In this document: one piece after another, positions 42,501-54,695 of the stretch
How the letters are laid out: every line of letters starts with the position of its first letter
Position numbering within the stretch: position 1 is the stretch's first letter
The notes under the pieces: model-generated
What the model was told of the DNA's origin: nothing
Database searches by the model: none
What the model saw: only the letters and a program-made list of their open reading frames with translations
Assembly (NCBI GenBank): GCA_000826855.1
Contig: JTLS01000008.1
Coordinates: 1-64,000 of the forward strand
DNA length: 64,000 bases
Source: Basidioascus undulatus
Taxonomy: Eukaryota
Direction of reading: 5' to 3'
Program-made: the position numbers and the translations under genes

Positions 42501-43199
42501 CATGAGCAGGCGGAGGTATGTGGGGCGGCAGAGAGTAGGTGTCAGTCCTGTGGGAGCGGCCAGGTCGTCGGCCATTCCGAACACATAGATTGAATCTTGC
42601 TAATATTTTGTACCCATGAAGCACGAGCTACGCGGTCGCCATCCTCACTCCCCTTTACCGATGTTGCGCGAATCCATTTCTTGCTGTGGCAGTTGAAGAA
42701 AGACATGAAGAAGTGCCTGAGGCGTGACGTATTATTTTGTACCTGTTTTATTTCCATCACATTTCTTCTGGAAGTGAGGTCTACAGGTCAGCGAAGGGGG
42801 GGTCCCGCCTCGCGCTGCGAGAAAGCAATGCGAGTGACTGCTTGCACTTCTACTGTTTTGAGCGCCAGCAGAAGCTAGTCCCACTCACAGTTCATGGTAT
42901 GTTCCAAGTTGAAAAATCCTTGTAGTTAAGCTCTTCTTCTCATAATGGCCAGTGCAACCGGAGCTGGTGACACTTCCATCTTCCTGCCTACCTCACAGTC
43001 TGCACCGCATAGATAGATATTCTTGGAGCCTCAGCAGCTGTTTGTTTACCTGAATCTCATCAAGACTCTGAATACTGGCATTTCGGCTTCGAACTGCATG
43101 CACCACGGTACACAGCTGCAACCCCAACCACTCAAAGTCCAGAACGTCCAGAAGGGGTTCTCCCTTCACTTCTTGGCCGTGTGCTCAGCTCTCAGTAGC

Positions 43200-44300
43200 C
43201 TGGACTGCTCCGTCCAGATAGACACTTTTGTCTTGCTCGAGCTCCAAGTGCTCTACTGAGCCTCTCGGTGGCCGCCTCCTGATCGGCGGGTCCCGCGTCC
43301 GGTTGCTTAGGCATCTCGTAGAATTAGCTCGCAGGCCCTTGACACCTCCCGTGAAGAAAATGCACGTGAAGAAGAGTATCAGTCCCCAGGCCGAAATCCA
43401 GGGTATGAAGGTCGATGCGACAACTATGGCGACTGCTCTTGGAGGGTCAGTACTTTGGCTGAGTCTTGGTGAACTGGGGTGGGCTGGAAGGCATCAAGGA
43501 AAGAGCTTTACGGATCTCGCTGGGGGCATAGGCTTTTCGGGCACCTGCTCAATTTCGTGCCGGCACAAGTAGAGGTTGTGGAACACTGCCACGCTTTGAT
43601 CACCCAAACGAGATCTGACGAGGGCACGCCGAATCTAATGCAGCCACCCCAGTTATGATCCATCCGACCCGGTCACCAGCAGGGAAGGTGGCCCAACAGG
43701 TCCTCGCATTTCATTCCTGTGATGTTCTCGGTTTCCGCTCTGCTTGTGCTCAAGAGATTGACACCAGACCATGCGGTAAGGGTAAATGCAAGAGACACGC
43801 ACACGGCTGCAAATAGCGAGAGCATCGCCAGCGTCAAGGCCAGAGAGAACGCTATGCTCTGAGGGCATGCATGATGGAAGAGCAATGCCAGGGCGGGATG
43901 ATAGTGCTGCAGGCTGATCTCTCCCGATGGTGAGGACGCCAGCTCAACGAAGGTGAGCGGATTCAAACGGAGGTCAGAAGGCAAGTACTCGCCTAACCTT
44001 CCGAACAAGTTCCGCCGTCCGGTCTGAGAGAAGAGGAAAGATTGTCCTGCTCTGATTGAAAGTATTGGTAATCTGGCGATGTGAGGGCCATGAAGGCCTG
44101 CTATGCTTGATTGCACAGGGTCGTTGGTGGTGAGCTCCCTACAGTTTTGCACCGGGTGAGCGTGAGCAAGTTGCCCTTTGTATGCTGAATGCCCAGTCAA
44201 ATTGGCCCCAAAACGGTATCTCACGAAAGTGTTGTCGACCGTTGTCCAAGTCACTCCTCAGCTGTCTTTCAGCGATGCTTGATGATCCAGGCAAGCGAGC
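43200..44300 (-). pseudogene. Unknown membrane-protein family, copy C
   Basis: RRNLFGRL...PSDLRLNPLTFV, TM IAFSLALTLAMLSLFAAVCVSLAF, ITGMKCEDLLG, FHNLYLCRHEIEQV, TM AVAIVVASTFIPWISAWGLILFF. Confidence 0.5.
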
Positions 44301-44985
44301 GCTGGCAGCCCACCTTGACAGGTTACCGCGTCCAACAGTCACACGCCCGGAATGAATGTCGGTAGAAAAAGAATATGCGGTACCTGCATCAATCTAAATT
44401 TTCATCCCAACGAATGAGAGCAATGTGGATGGGGGAAAAGTTTTCGAAATGTCCAGCAGAAACTAGTGGGGTACGGGCGCATCATTTCCGGCCGGAGGCG
44501 ATGCCTCTTCCTTGCGGACGTCCTCCGTTCCATAATCATACAAAGCATATTCTATATCCGAGCCGTGGAAATGCGGCGGGCGGTGGTCGGTCCAAGAGGA
44601 GGACAGGGAGCTTGTGGAGGGTTGAGGGAACATGTTGAAGGTCGACAGAGACGAGGAGTCTGGACGGGATTGTGGTGTGCGTGAACTGCCGATCGCAGCC
44701 CTAGATGCAAAGCCCAAGCTAAGAGGTCTAGTCTGCTGGTTCAAGTACTCTCACAGCCTAATTGACAGGTTGGTGTGCGGGAGTCGCATTTAATCGGGAT
44801 GTCGGCAGTTGCAGAAGGACTGTTGGCCTCTATCATGCCTCCTGTCCACGTAGCCGCTGACAGAAGACTAAACCGCTCAAAGCTACTTTGCATGAAAACA
44901 ACTAGAGGCGGAAAAGAGAAGACAGACACAAAGAAACCTACTGTTCCCCTGCACCCACAACACAACTGCGTCACTAGTCGGGCGC

Positions 44986-45345
44986 TTAGTACTCGCCCTC
45001 GTCCTCGACGCCGTCCTGCAAAACGTGATAATTGTCTTTTTTTAGAAAGGTTTGTGGTTGAGGTAGATGAAGAAACTGAACGTACAGCGCTGTCGAGGCT
45101 AACGTCCTCGTAGTCCTTCTCGAGTGCGGCGAGGTCCTCGCGAGCCTCGGAGAACTCGCCCTCCTCCATACTCTCGCCGACGTACTAGTGGGCGAAGGGC
45201 ACCGGAAGGGAGACCAAGCTCAGCAACTACGGTCTGGAAGTCGCGAAAATGTCGCGAGACTCAGCTCGAACTTGTGGTTGAGACGGCTTCAGGCAGCGGA
45301 AACCGCGGTGGTGTTGAAGAGAATGCATAGCGAGAGCGAGACTAT
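44986..45345 (-). pseudogene. Alpha-tubulin 3' fragment (unprocessed pseudogene)
   Basis: [59 protein letters not shown]. Keeps the last intron of TUB1 and has premature stops. Confidence 0.9.
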
Positions 45346-46622
45346 GTCTTCCGATGCCGTCGTTGACCAGTTTTCCGTCAAACCGAGATAATTTGATTGA
45401 ACTCCACAAGAGGAAGTCCCTCGACTCTCCGTTTTGCATATGGCTGTGTCCAAGACCGCCTTGTCAGGCCACAGATGGCAAAAAGCCTTCACAGCAGCAC
45501 CGTCGGATTAACGCTCTGCATGAAAGCACGAGATATTAGTTGTGGTCCTTTCGCGTTCATGGATCGCTACCCAAAACAAGTATGGACGTATGAGTAATAC
45601 CGCGCTGATCGTCGAACCTGGAATGCTGTCCCGGGTACAGCTGGTAGATAGGCATGTTGTCTCCGGGATGCACTTCAAAATAACAAAAATTAGCCTGCCC
45701 ACGCAAGCGACAAACGCAGACATCGAAGGATGCTGGATGTGTTGCATTACATGTCATCCAAACTGATGCAGCGTCAATACCAGGTGCCCTATGTTTGGGA
45801 TTAGACTACGCTGCCAACCGGCTTCCACAAAATATTCCTTGTCCAATTTTTGAAAAAGAAGCGATCTGAAGACGAATTGTATGCCACAGCTCACAGTCGC
45901 AGACTGGCTCATCTCCATCGCACAGGCCAAACGCCCTGCCTTGGCTTCAGCCGTGCCATCGAAGCCCCATAAAGGAAAAAAGATCGTAGTTGTGGCCGTG
46001 CAGAGAGCAACTCTCCTCTTTGGCAAACTAGAATCAGGACCACGCATCGCCTCTATGAGGCTTGACGGGCCAACGGGGATTTCTCGCAACGGCCGCTACG
46101 AGGTATGGGAGCCCAACTACTCTGAAGTGAAATCTAAACGTTATCCCTCATATGTATGTTCAAAATGCTTGCTCGTCCAGCGTGTACAGGACACGCACCT
46201 GGGGACGCGTACCTGGTTCGGCGTACCTGCCTGTCGGTTCACCCAGAAGCCTGAAGCTGACTTGAAGACAGTGATACCACCATTCATGTGATGTATCCTA
46301 TTTCAGACATACGCCTCATTCACAAGCAATCAAAGTACGTCGGACGATCTGAAAAGGTAGTCACTTGAAGCCTCAGCAGGCCATGCTCTGCTGGCGTCCG
46401 GTGAGAATAGCTCTGACACGATGAGCGCAGTGATGGAGAACTGTCCATTCTATACGCCGGTAGAAATCTTCCGAAGACATGGTCACACTCTGAGGGTCGG
46501 CGCTTTGCCAGCATAAAGGAAGGAGACTGGCTGCGCTGACGAGCGCTCTCCCACGCCGGCGACTGCCTATCTCCCCTTCCACCGTCGCGCTTGATTCTCT
46601 ACACCCTCTCACGTCCTACGCA

Positions 46623-47168
46623 ATGTCCAACGCGGTTCCAGTCAAGACCGTCAACATGTGCAACCCGCACGAGACCACACACACGCCCGCGCAGCGCGCG
46701 GCGCTGAAGCGGCAGCTGGCGATCAAGACGGGCGTCGTGCGCCGGCTGGAGCGCGAGGTCAAGCTGTACCAGGACGAGGCGGAGGCCAACCGGCGCAAGC
46801 GGGACGAGCTCAAGGCGAAGGAGGAGCCGAGCGTGGACGCCGAGTGGCACTTGAAGAACGCGGTGCGTCCGGCTTGCTGTCCTGCTGGAAGGCCCGGAGC
46901 TGATGGCGATGTGCGCATCTGCGTGATACAGGAGAACGTCCTGCAGGAGAGCTTGAAGATGGTGCCGGATACGGAGAAGCGCTTGGGCCAGGCGGTGGCG
47001 GATCTGAAGCAGCTGGTGGTCAGTTTGTGCTCTGACACCCGCACGAAGTCGCCACGTGCATTGACCGTGTCCTTTGACCCACAGCAACAAGCCGAGCCGG
47101 ACGATGAGCTCTCGCAAGACGACGATCTGCTCAAGGCGCGCGAGATGCTGGAGACCGCTGAGACCTAG
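46623..47168 (+). CDS. TBCA: Tubulin-binding cofactor A
   Basis: LKRQLAIKTGVVRRLEREVKLYQDE...ENVLQESLKMVPDTEKRL. Introns 46863-46931 and 47019-47084. Confidence 0.9.
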   Translation: MSNAVPVKTVNMCNPHETTHTPAQRAALKRQLAIKTGVVRRLEREVKLYQDEAEANRRKRDELKAKEEPSVDAEWHLKNAVRPACCPAGRPGADGDVRICVIQENVLQESLKMVPDTEKRLGQAVADLKQLVVSLCSDTRTKSPRALTVSFDPQQQAEPDDELSQDDDLLKAREMLETAET

Positions 47169-47671
47169 GTGCTTCGAGGGACGGGACGGGACGGGACGAG
47201 GCTACGATCAGACATTCGAACGACCTTGACGAACGATACACTAGTAGAATGGACGAAGCTTTTGACGACAACCAATTGGTCGCTTTGGTCGCTTGATATC
47301 AGCTAATGCAGAGTTTGACATCACATGCGCTTTCCTTTCCCTGGAGTGTGCAGCACAGTCACATCCCGCTTCAGGAACTCGAATGAGCCTTCAGACGCGC
47401 GCGATGGGCAGGCACCGGCATCACGAGCGCACGCATATGGTCGCACCGCCCACTCTGTCAAGCACATAATGGGTAGTGCACCAATGCGAATGCGTGTAGC
47501 AATGCGAACAGAACGAGAAACGAACAACCCAAATCACGCACACCAATCCAAACCACTGAAAGCCAAGCCGCGAACGCAAGTCCGCGTCGCTTTTCCCCAA
47601 TTCGCACTCCCATACCCAGCCGCCATGCGGCCATCAACCCATCGCACTCACAACGATCCAGAACACCCACT

Positions 47672-49681
47672 CTACTCGGTCTTCTCCTCGCCCTCCTCCG
47701 CCGTCTCCTCAGCCGCCTTGGGCTCCTCGGCCGCAGGCTCAGCCTCGTCCGCCTTCGGCTCAGCCGGCACCTCCTCCTGCGTTGCGAGCAAATGTCAGAA
47801 CGCGGGACAAGACGGGTTGGTGCGCAAATGACTCACAGCCGCTGCGCCGTTGGTGTCGCCCTTCCCGCGCCGCTCGAGCTTCGCAATCTCCTTCTCAGCT
47901 TTGGCGACGTTCTCGCGCGTGACGCGCTCGTTGTTCGCCGCGAACCACGCCTTCTTCATCTGCAGGCTCTCGATCGTCTTGGGCAGATCGCCGTGCGAGA
48001 GCGGGGGAGGGATGGAAAGCTTGAGGAGCGCAGAGAGCGTCGCGAGCGGGACCTGCAGGGGCGTCGAGCCAGACGGCGCAACGGCGGCCTCGCCATCGGT
48101 GGCCGCAGCCGGCTTAGCGCCGCCCTTCTTGTCGCCCTTCTTGCCCTTCTTCGAGTACCCCACGAAGTAGTCCTCCTCGTCCTCGCCCTTCTTCTTCAGC
48201 CGGACGCCGCCCGCAAAGTCGGTCTCGACCTTGCGCACTTCAGGCGCAGCGACGGAGGAGACGTTCGAGCGGAGGAGAGGGTCGTCGGCGCGCGCGGTGG
48301 GGCCGAGGCCAGAGAGGCGGGAGAAGTAGTCGATGAGCGTGCTGCAGTCCTCGATCTCGACCTCGTACGCTACAGTCGGAGTTAGCGTGTCAGCCCAACC
48401 CCGGACAACCGCAGGACATGCTGAATAACGATGTGCTCACCAGGTGCCTTCGCCTCCTCGCGCAGCCGCTCGGCAATCTCATTGCGCTTCTCCGCCTCCT
48501 CCGCCTCCTTCTGCGCCTTCGCGCGCTCCGCCCGGCGCGCGCGGTCCTCGTTAATCTTCAGCCAGTACGCGTCGTTGGCCGCGCGGTACGCGGCGCTCGC
48601 GTCCCGGCGCTTCTGGTAGAGCGCGTCGATCTGGGCGGAGAGGGCGTTGCGCTCGTCGAAAAGCACCTGACGGCCCTGGTACGCCTTGTCGCCCTCCGCC
48701 TTGATGCTGTCCAGCTCGGCCTTGATCGCGTCGAACCTGTCCGAGACGGTCTTGGACGCTGGGTCGTCAAGCGAGGCACGCAGAGTGTCGAGCTGCGCCT
48801 TGTCGGCGTCGATGGAGGACTGCTGGGCGGCGAAGGACTCGACAGTCTTGCGCGACCGCTTCAGGTTGCTTTGACCCTCCATCACCTTAGAGCGTGCACA
48901 CCCGAGCGCGAGAGGGAAGGGACGCACCTGATCTCCTGCAGTGCACGCTTCTCATCCGCCAGACGGAGGCTCCCAGACTCAACCTGCCTGTCCAGGTGCC
49001 TGGATAGATGTTTTATGTCAGGAAAAGCAGCAGGCTCCGGTCATGACTATACAGAAGAGACGAACTTGATCTGCGCATCAACCTCCTCAACTGACTTAAA
49101 CGGCGCCTTGGACTTGGCAGCCTGCAGGTCCTTGATCTGTCCCGAGCGTTATAGTGGTCAGCTACCGTGGCGCCCTGTCCCAAACGGCGTCCAGGCAAGC
49201 GCTCACCTTCTTCTGGACACCGTCCTGAAGAGCCCGGATCTGGTCAAGGATCTTGCCCCGGCTGCCCTTGTTCGCGGCCTGCTGGCCGCGGAGCTCATCC
49301 AGCTCAGAGCGCAGCGCCTGGCGCCGCTCCTGCGCGGGGCCGGTGGAAGAGAAACCGGAGATCTTGGTGCGGACAGCAGAGAGCTTGGCCTGGAGCGCGT
49401 CAATGTCCTTCTTGATCTCGTCCTGTTCGTGATCGCCATCGGGGCCTCCACATCAGCATGGCCGTCCCTTCCTCACACCCCGAGATGCTCCAGGCACACA
49501 CCTGCTCCTTCTGGTATGCGGCCTGGTCGGGCTTGGAGCGGGAGCCTTGGCCGGGCGCGGGCGCCTCCTGGGCCTCCTTTGCAGATGCAGACGTGGCCGC
49601 AGCGAGCGCGCTGGCCTTCTTCTGCGCGGCGGCGGCGGAGTCCTTCTGGCCAGGGGCGGCAGCGGCGTTGCGGGGGGGCAT
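47672..49681 (-). CDS. BFR1: Nuclear segregation / coiled-coil protein Bfr1
   Basis: KPDQAAY, KAPFKSVEEVDAQI, VESGSLRLADEKRALQEISNLKRSRK, EEDYFVG...KKGKK, IPPPLSHGDLPKTIESL. Confidence 0.85.
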
Positions 49682-50269
49682 GGCTGAGCTGCGGAAAGGA
49701 GCGTGGGCAACGATGGAAAGGTTGAAAAGAGGGACTGGCGCGATGAGCTGGGCGAAGACGCTGTTGGGAAGACGGCAGGAGAAGGCGGGCTTCGAGGCGA
49801 CACGCGGGCGGGCCGAGCTTGACACCTGCCAAGGGCTGGACGCCCAAGCGACAAATAGAAGGATCCGGCGCCTACCTCAAGGAAATGTAGAAGAGATCAT
49901 GAAGAACATTCGGCGGTTTCAGATAAGCAGTTGGCGGATAAAAAAAAAACCCCCAGGTCATTCTGGGCGACAACATCCCAATATCCTGACGGGGAACGCT
50001 GGGATGGCGCTGAAACTGGCACAGCTGCAGCGTGTACGACGTCAATGAGATCAGATCATAGACGAAACACTTCCAAGCTGCTTGTATACATTCACGCCGC
50101 CACTAAGAGCGCTGAGAGAGGTCGGAGCCGCAGGAGCCTCTAAAGGTTGCCCTACAAGCGGCATAAAGAAAACCAGGGCGACCTGCGAGAGTTCCGCTCT
50201 ATCCCCACCCTAGTTCAGTTACACATTTCTGTTTTAGACAGAACTTGCAATGCGCACCTTTGAATCATA

Positions 50270-52751
50270 GACAACAGATGCAGTAGAATCGCGCTTGGCC
50301 GCTACGCTGCGGCGGTACGTCTTGTCTGGGGCGGCACTGAAGCTGTACTGGACCTCGTTGAAGCCAGTATGATGCCCTGGAACTGTCAAGCGATTCCTGG
50401 ACGACGAAAAGAAGGTAAAAATTTCAACAATTTTTCCGATTCTGGAATCCTGGAATCGGCGCACTCACTCCATGCTGAGTAACATCCGTTACCGCGACGT
50501 TCTCAGAAAGCGGCAACACGCTCTCCTGGTGGTTGAACCCGAGTGCGAATCCGCCGAATAAGAGATGTTGGGAGAGGAATGGGATTTCCCTCCCACCTAT
50601 CAACTAATGTGAGCAAGATCCCATACGCGCAGGAGGCACGTACACGCCAGTGGTCAAGGGCCAGGAAAAGGTGTCCACCAGCACTTGGCTCCCGCCGTGG
50701 GTTGACGAGGAAGACCACGAGCTAGTCTGTCTGATAACCTTTTGGAACCTCCGCTGTTAGTGACTTGGCTGGAAGAGGAGATCAAAGGGAGCGCAACTGA
50801 ATCATTACCGCCCCGCGCGTAGCTGTGCACGTTCGTATACTGCAAGTCCTGCTTCCACTCGACAGTGCAGGTGCCGCTCGAACCGGTGGTCACCTCTGCC
50901 ACTATGTGCAGCGCGCGAGTAACATTGATCGAAATGTCGAAGTCTTCGGGCGAGCGGATGTCGGCAGACGTGCAGGCGACTGCGAACGGGGAAGCACTGT
51001 AAGAGGCGATAGCGCCGGTTGTGCGCTCGCCGGAAGGTCTGAAAGATGCTGTAAACTTCGACCGTACTTCCGGAACGGGGGGCTCATACTCGCCTGCACG
51101 TTGCCGCTGAGGCACCAGTTGCCTTTCACCACGTCCTGCCCGTTTCTCCCGACGACGTTCATCACGACGACGTGCGGACGGCCATTCGTGAGCTGGCCCA
51201 AGAACGGGGAGATGTCGATCGTGTAGGTCGGCAGGTCGAACGCGCCATAGGCGGCGACGGGGCTGTTGGAGATGATGAGCGACAGAAATACGATTAACAT
51301 TAAACAGCGGTATGAGACGAACGACCAGATCGAAGGAAGGTTGGCGCCAGGAAAGCAGACCGGAAAGGGGAAGACGACTCCCGTGAGCTGACCGTGATGA
51401 GCAGCTGGACCTCCCGGAAAGGTCCACCGCTCTAGGAGAAGTTCGGCGGCAGCAGGTCAGGTACTCGTCCGCGACGTTCCCGTACCAGAACTTCTCGGCT
51501 GCCAGAGGCATAGATGTCGACAAACGCAGCTGCGGCATTTTTCGGGAAGTGAACAGAAAACCGTAGACAGGGTTCAGGTCGTCAGAGCTATTTTCTGTGC
51601 AGACGGCAGCACGCACTGTCGCATTCGGAGGCACCGAGACTTTGTCGTCTGAGCGCGGTACGCCCTGCCCAAGTACAAGTTAGTGATGATCCCTATGGCG
51701 GTACTTAATACTTACATAAGAGAGAGGTACAACTACATCAGCTGTACGAGGCTTCACACTTCCGGAACCTGGGTAGAAGGGACTGCTCAACCGGACTACG
51801 TTGCCAGTCAGACGACTGCCGCGACGTATCTTTACTCGGACTGAAGTGACTACGAACCGTCATACTCTACATTGATGCCCAAAGAAATGTCTATGACGTT
51901 GTTGAATTTTGTAAGTGCAGCATCAACTCAAAGCTCGGAATTAGCAGTAGGAAGCAGCGTACTCCTGCACCACGGTGCCAGGTTGCGCGAAGAGCGCCAT
52001 GTACTTGGTAAGGTCGTGTAGATGCGTCCTGTCATGACTTGAGCATGTGTATCCAGGCGCGATTTGGATGAAGTTCACTGCACCATACGATTCCATTCAC
52101 CGTTGGCTCAGGCGTTGAAGTACGCCAGACTCTGCGTCGGTGCGACAGTCAGTCCGAGCTCACACGGGCAAGGTAACACGCTACAATACTCCGTTTCGTT
52201 GAGCCGGATGCTCGACAGCCGATCATACTGTTAGCCTCAGACCAGCCATGTTAAGAACCAGCACCATCTTATCTGTTTGACGTCCCAGTCAGGTTCAGCA
52301 CGACTGCGGAGCGCGAGCCTGGCGGGCTGCACTCCGTCGGAGGGGTGTAGTCTGCAACGGCGTACTGTCCGTATGAGCTGAAACGCCCATGAACTTATTC
52401 CATGCGCCAGCCAGGTGGATGTTTGAACCATACATGGCAAAGAGGTGGTGGAACAGCTCAACCGTGCAAAGTTGCACATCGCCAGGCACGAGCGGTGGGT
52501 GAGTGACTTAGACCCAGCGTACTCGTCAGATAGCTCCACATAACAGAACCTTGAATACTGAAAGGAAGCACTTGGAACATGTGCAGCGGCGTTGAATCCG
52601 ACCAGTTCGACGGAGCGAGATAAGGCGACTCATGCGCCAGCGCGTGAAACGCCCTCTGGCCGCCAGCGGCGTGGGACTTTGCGCGGACGTTGAGTGCGAG
52701 AGTGATCGAGGTCAAGATGAGGACAAAAATATGAGTGCTGTATGACAGCAT
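50270..52751 (-). pseudogene. Peptide-N4-(N-acetyl-beta-glucosaminyl)asparagine amidase A (PNGase A), disrupted
   Basis: Signal peptide; QYDRL, VWRTSTPEP, EKFWYGNV, GPFREVQLLI/GQLTGVVFPFPV, YGAFDLPTYTIDISPF, NWCLSGN. In-frame TAG near 51431 and a 1-nt deletion near 51396. The 3' end is approximate. Confidence 0.8.
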
Positions 52752-53066
52752 CGTGAGAGGGCAACGCTGGAGTGAGGTGTCGTGATTGTTGTGATGGTTC
52801 GTGGGCAACCAGCCGATAGGATGTAAAGCACGAGACACGTCAACCCCAAGTGCAATATCGCAATCTATCTTTGCGTAGATCGACAGTCAAACTCTTACGA
52901 AGAGAGGGGGTTTCGCTTTCGTACTCCGTCGGTCCAGAGACTTTCCCGACAACGCACAGAGTCACAGAGTCGCACAACGCCGCGCTGACGATCAATCAAT
53001 TGGAATAGAGTCCGCATGGCAGGCGACGGCGCACGCAAACTCGAGCATGAGCGCATAAATAGCAGT

Positions 53067-54500
53067 TCAATCGTCCTTCTCTATGCCTTTCACCACCCTG
53101 TCTAGCTCCTTCGCTCCCAACGGTACCCACAACCACTCTCCCACACCCTCCTCCCCCGGCGGCGGTGCCGTCGCGCTGAGCACCATGCCGTGATCCCTGA
53201 ACTCCGCCAGCAGCGCCCTGAACGCGTCCTCGCTCGTCGCGATGAACTGGCTCCTCGCACGCTCGGCTAGCTGCGCGCGCGACGTCGCCCACACCGGCGT
53301 GCCCGTCGTCGCTCCGCTGCCCGTCGGCGGCTGCGCGGCGAGCTGGGCCTCGCCAAGCATCCGGAAAAGCTTGCGCGCCTTCGCCTGGACGGAGACAAGG
53401 ACGTGCTTCGCCGCCGCCTCGCTCGTCCCCTGCGCGGCCAGACCCGCTCCCGCGCCCGCGGACGTGCCAGAACCGAGGAGGGACGTCGAGCGAAAGCTGA
53501 GTTCCATGGTGTATGGCTCGAGCGTCGTCAGGTCGTGCCAGGCCCAGCGGATCGAGTCGGGCGGGAAGAGGAGAGGGGCGTTGAGATGGTCGATGGAGGC
53601 CACTACGTGGAGCTGGGGTGCGGAGGCGAGGAGGACGAGGAGGGCAAGCGAGCGCGGATTGCGGAGCGAGGGTGCATCGATGTTGTGGATGAGAAGGAAG
53701 AGTTGGCGGGTGTCGGGCTTGGAGAATTGGGCATGAATCCGGGCGGCGGACGCCTCGGGAGTGCTCGAAGTAGTACCGGCCGACGAGCGCGAGATAGACG
53801 GCAGGCTTTCTATCGAGCCGAGAACGTCGCGAATGCCGAGAGAGGGGAAGAAGCCGTTGACGACGACGAGCTCTCCGCGCTTGCGGAGGACGCGCTTCGC
53901 GAACGCGTTGAGCGCCCCGCGCTTGCTCCCCACGCCGTAGAAGAGAAGGTCGAACCCGCGCTCGAGCTCGCACAGCCACTGGCCCCACCGTGCCTCGTGC
54001 GTCGCAGCAGGAACGACAGCCTTGAGTGGGGCCCGCGCGAGCGCTTCGCGCGTCGCGGCGGCGGTGAGGGGCGGGAGAGGGAAGGGGGTAGTCGAAGGTC
54101 TGGGTGGGGCGGAGTGGGCGATAAAATACGCGTCCGATGCGGTGAGCGCGACGATCGGCTTCTTGGACGCTTTCTTCTTCTTTATTGTCAACGGTGCGCG
54201 GCGCTTTCGTTTTGAGGACGTAGCGGGTGCCGGTTCCTCGTCCTCATCCGCGTCGTCCTCGATAGCCTCCTCGTCCTCGCTCCAACCCTCCTCATCATCG
54301 TCCTCCTCTTCCTCCCCGTCGAGCCCGCTGCCTAGATTCGGTAGCAGCTCCATGAGCCTCTCATCCTCCTCTTGCCGAGCGCGCTGCCACGGGCTACGCG
54401 GGCTGCGCGTGCCGTTAGCGGGGCGCTTCGAGGGTGTCGCCCGCGGCGGGGGCGAGTCGGCCGCGATCCGGACGCGCTTCGACGGTGTTGCGAGCGACAT
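53067..54500 (-). CDS. ORC2: Origin recognition complex subunit 2
   Basis: QWLCELERGFDLLFYGVGSKR, VVNGF, LLIHNIDAPSLR, VASIDHLNAPLL, WHDLTTLEPY. One continuous ORF. Confidence 0.93.
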   Translation of the reverse strand: MSLATPSKRVRIAADSPPPRATPSKRPANGTRSPRSPWQRARQEEDERLMELLPNLGSGLDGEEEEDDDEEGWSEDEEAIEDDADEDEEPAPATSSKRKRRAPLTIKKKKASKKPIVALTASDAYFIAHSAPPRPSTTPFPLPPLTAAATREALARAPLKAVVPAATHEARWGQWLCELERGFDLLFYGVGSKRGALNAFAKRVLRKRGELVVVNGFFPSLGIRDVLGSIESLPSISRSSAGTTSSTPEASAARIHAQFSKPDTRQLFLLIHNIDAPSLRNPRSLALLVLLASAPQLHVVASIDHLNAPLLFPPDSIRWAWHDLTTLEPYTMELSFRSTSLLGSGTSAGAGAGLAAQGTSEAAAKHVLVSVQAKARKLFRMLGEAQLAAQPPTGSGATTGTPVWATSRAQLAERARSQFIATSEDAFRALLAEFRDHGMVLSATAPPPGEEGVGEWLWVPLGAKELDRVVKGIEKDD

Positions 54501-54695
54501 GATAGTCAGTATCGCAGAGGAGGGAGCGAAAGCAACAGCGGCGGTAATGGTCGATGGGCAAGCTGGCGGTCGGACGCGTCGGAGCGAAGGCCGGCTCGGG
54601 CGCGTTTGCATCCGTGCATCTTCTCTTTGCTGATTTCAGGGTTGCCCTTCTTCTCTCCACCCACCTTCGTCCGCTTTTCCTTTTAAACACTGACA

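Noticed and set aside
45400..46300. Two CxxC...FG...C-like segments (CWMCC...FGIRLRC; CSKC...FGVPAC)
   Set aside because: No continuous frame or assignable family. It may be another decayed gene, but I cannot support it.
48418..49725. 435-aa ORF on the + strand, and similar long shadow ORFs opposite ORC2, TUB1 and GET4
   Set aside because: These are antisense to real genes and expected from high GC3 codon bias; they show no recognisable motifs.
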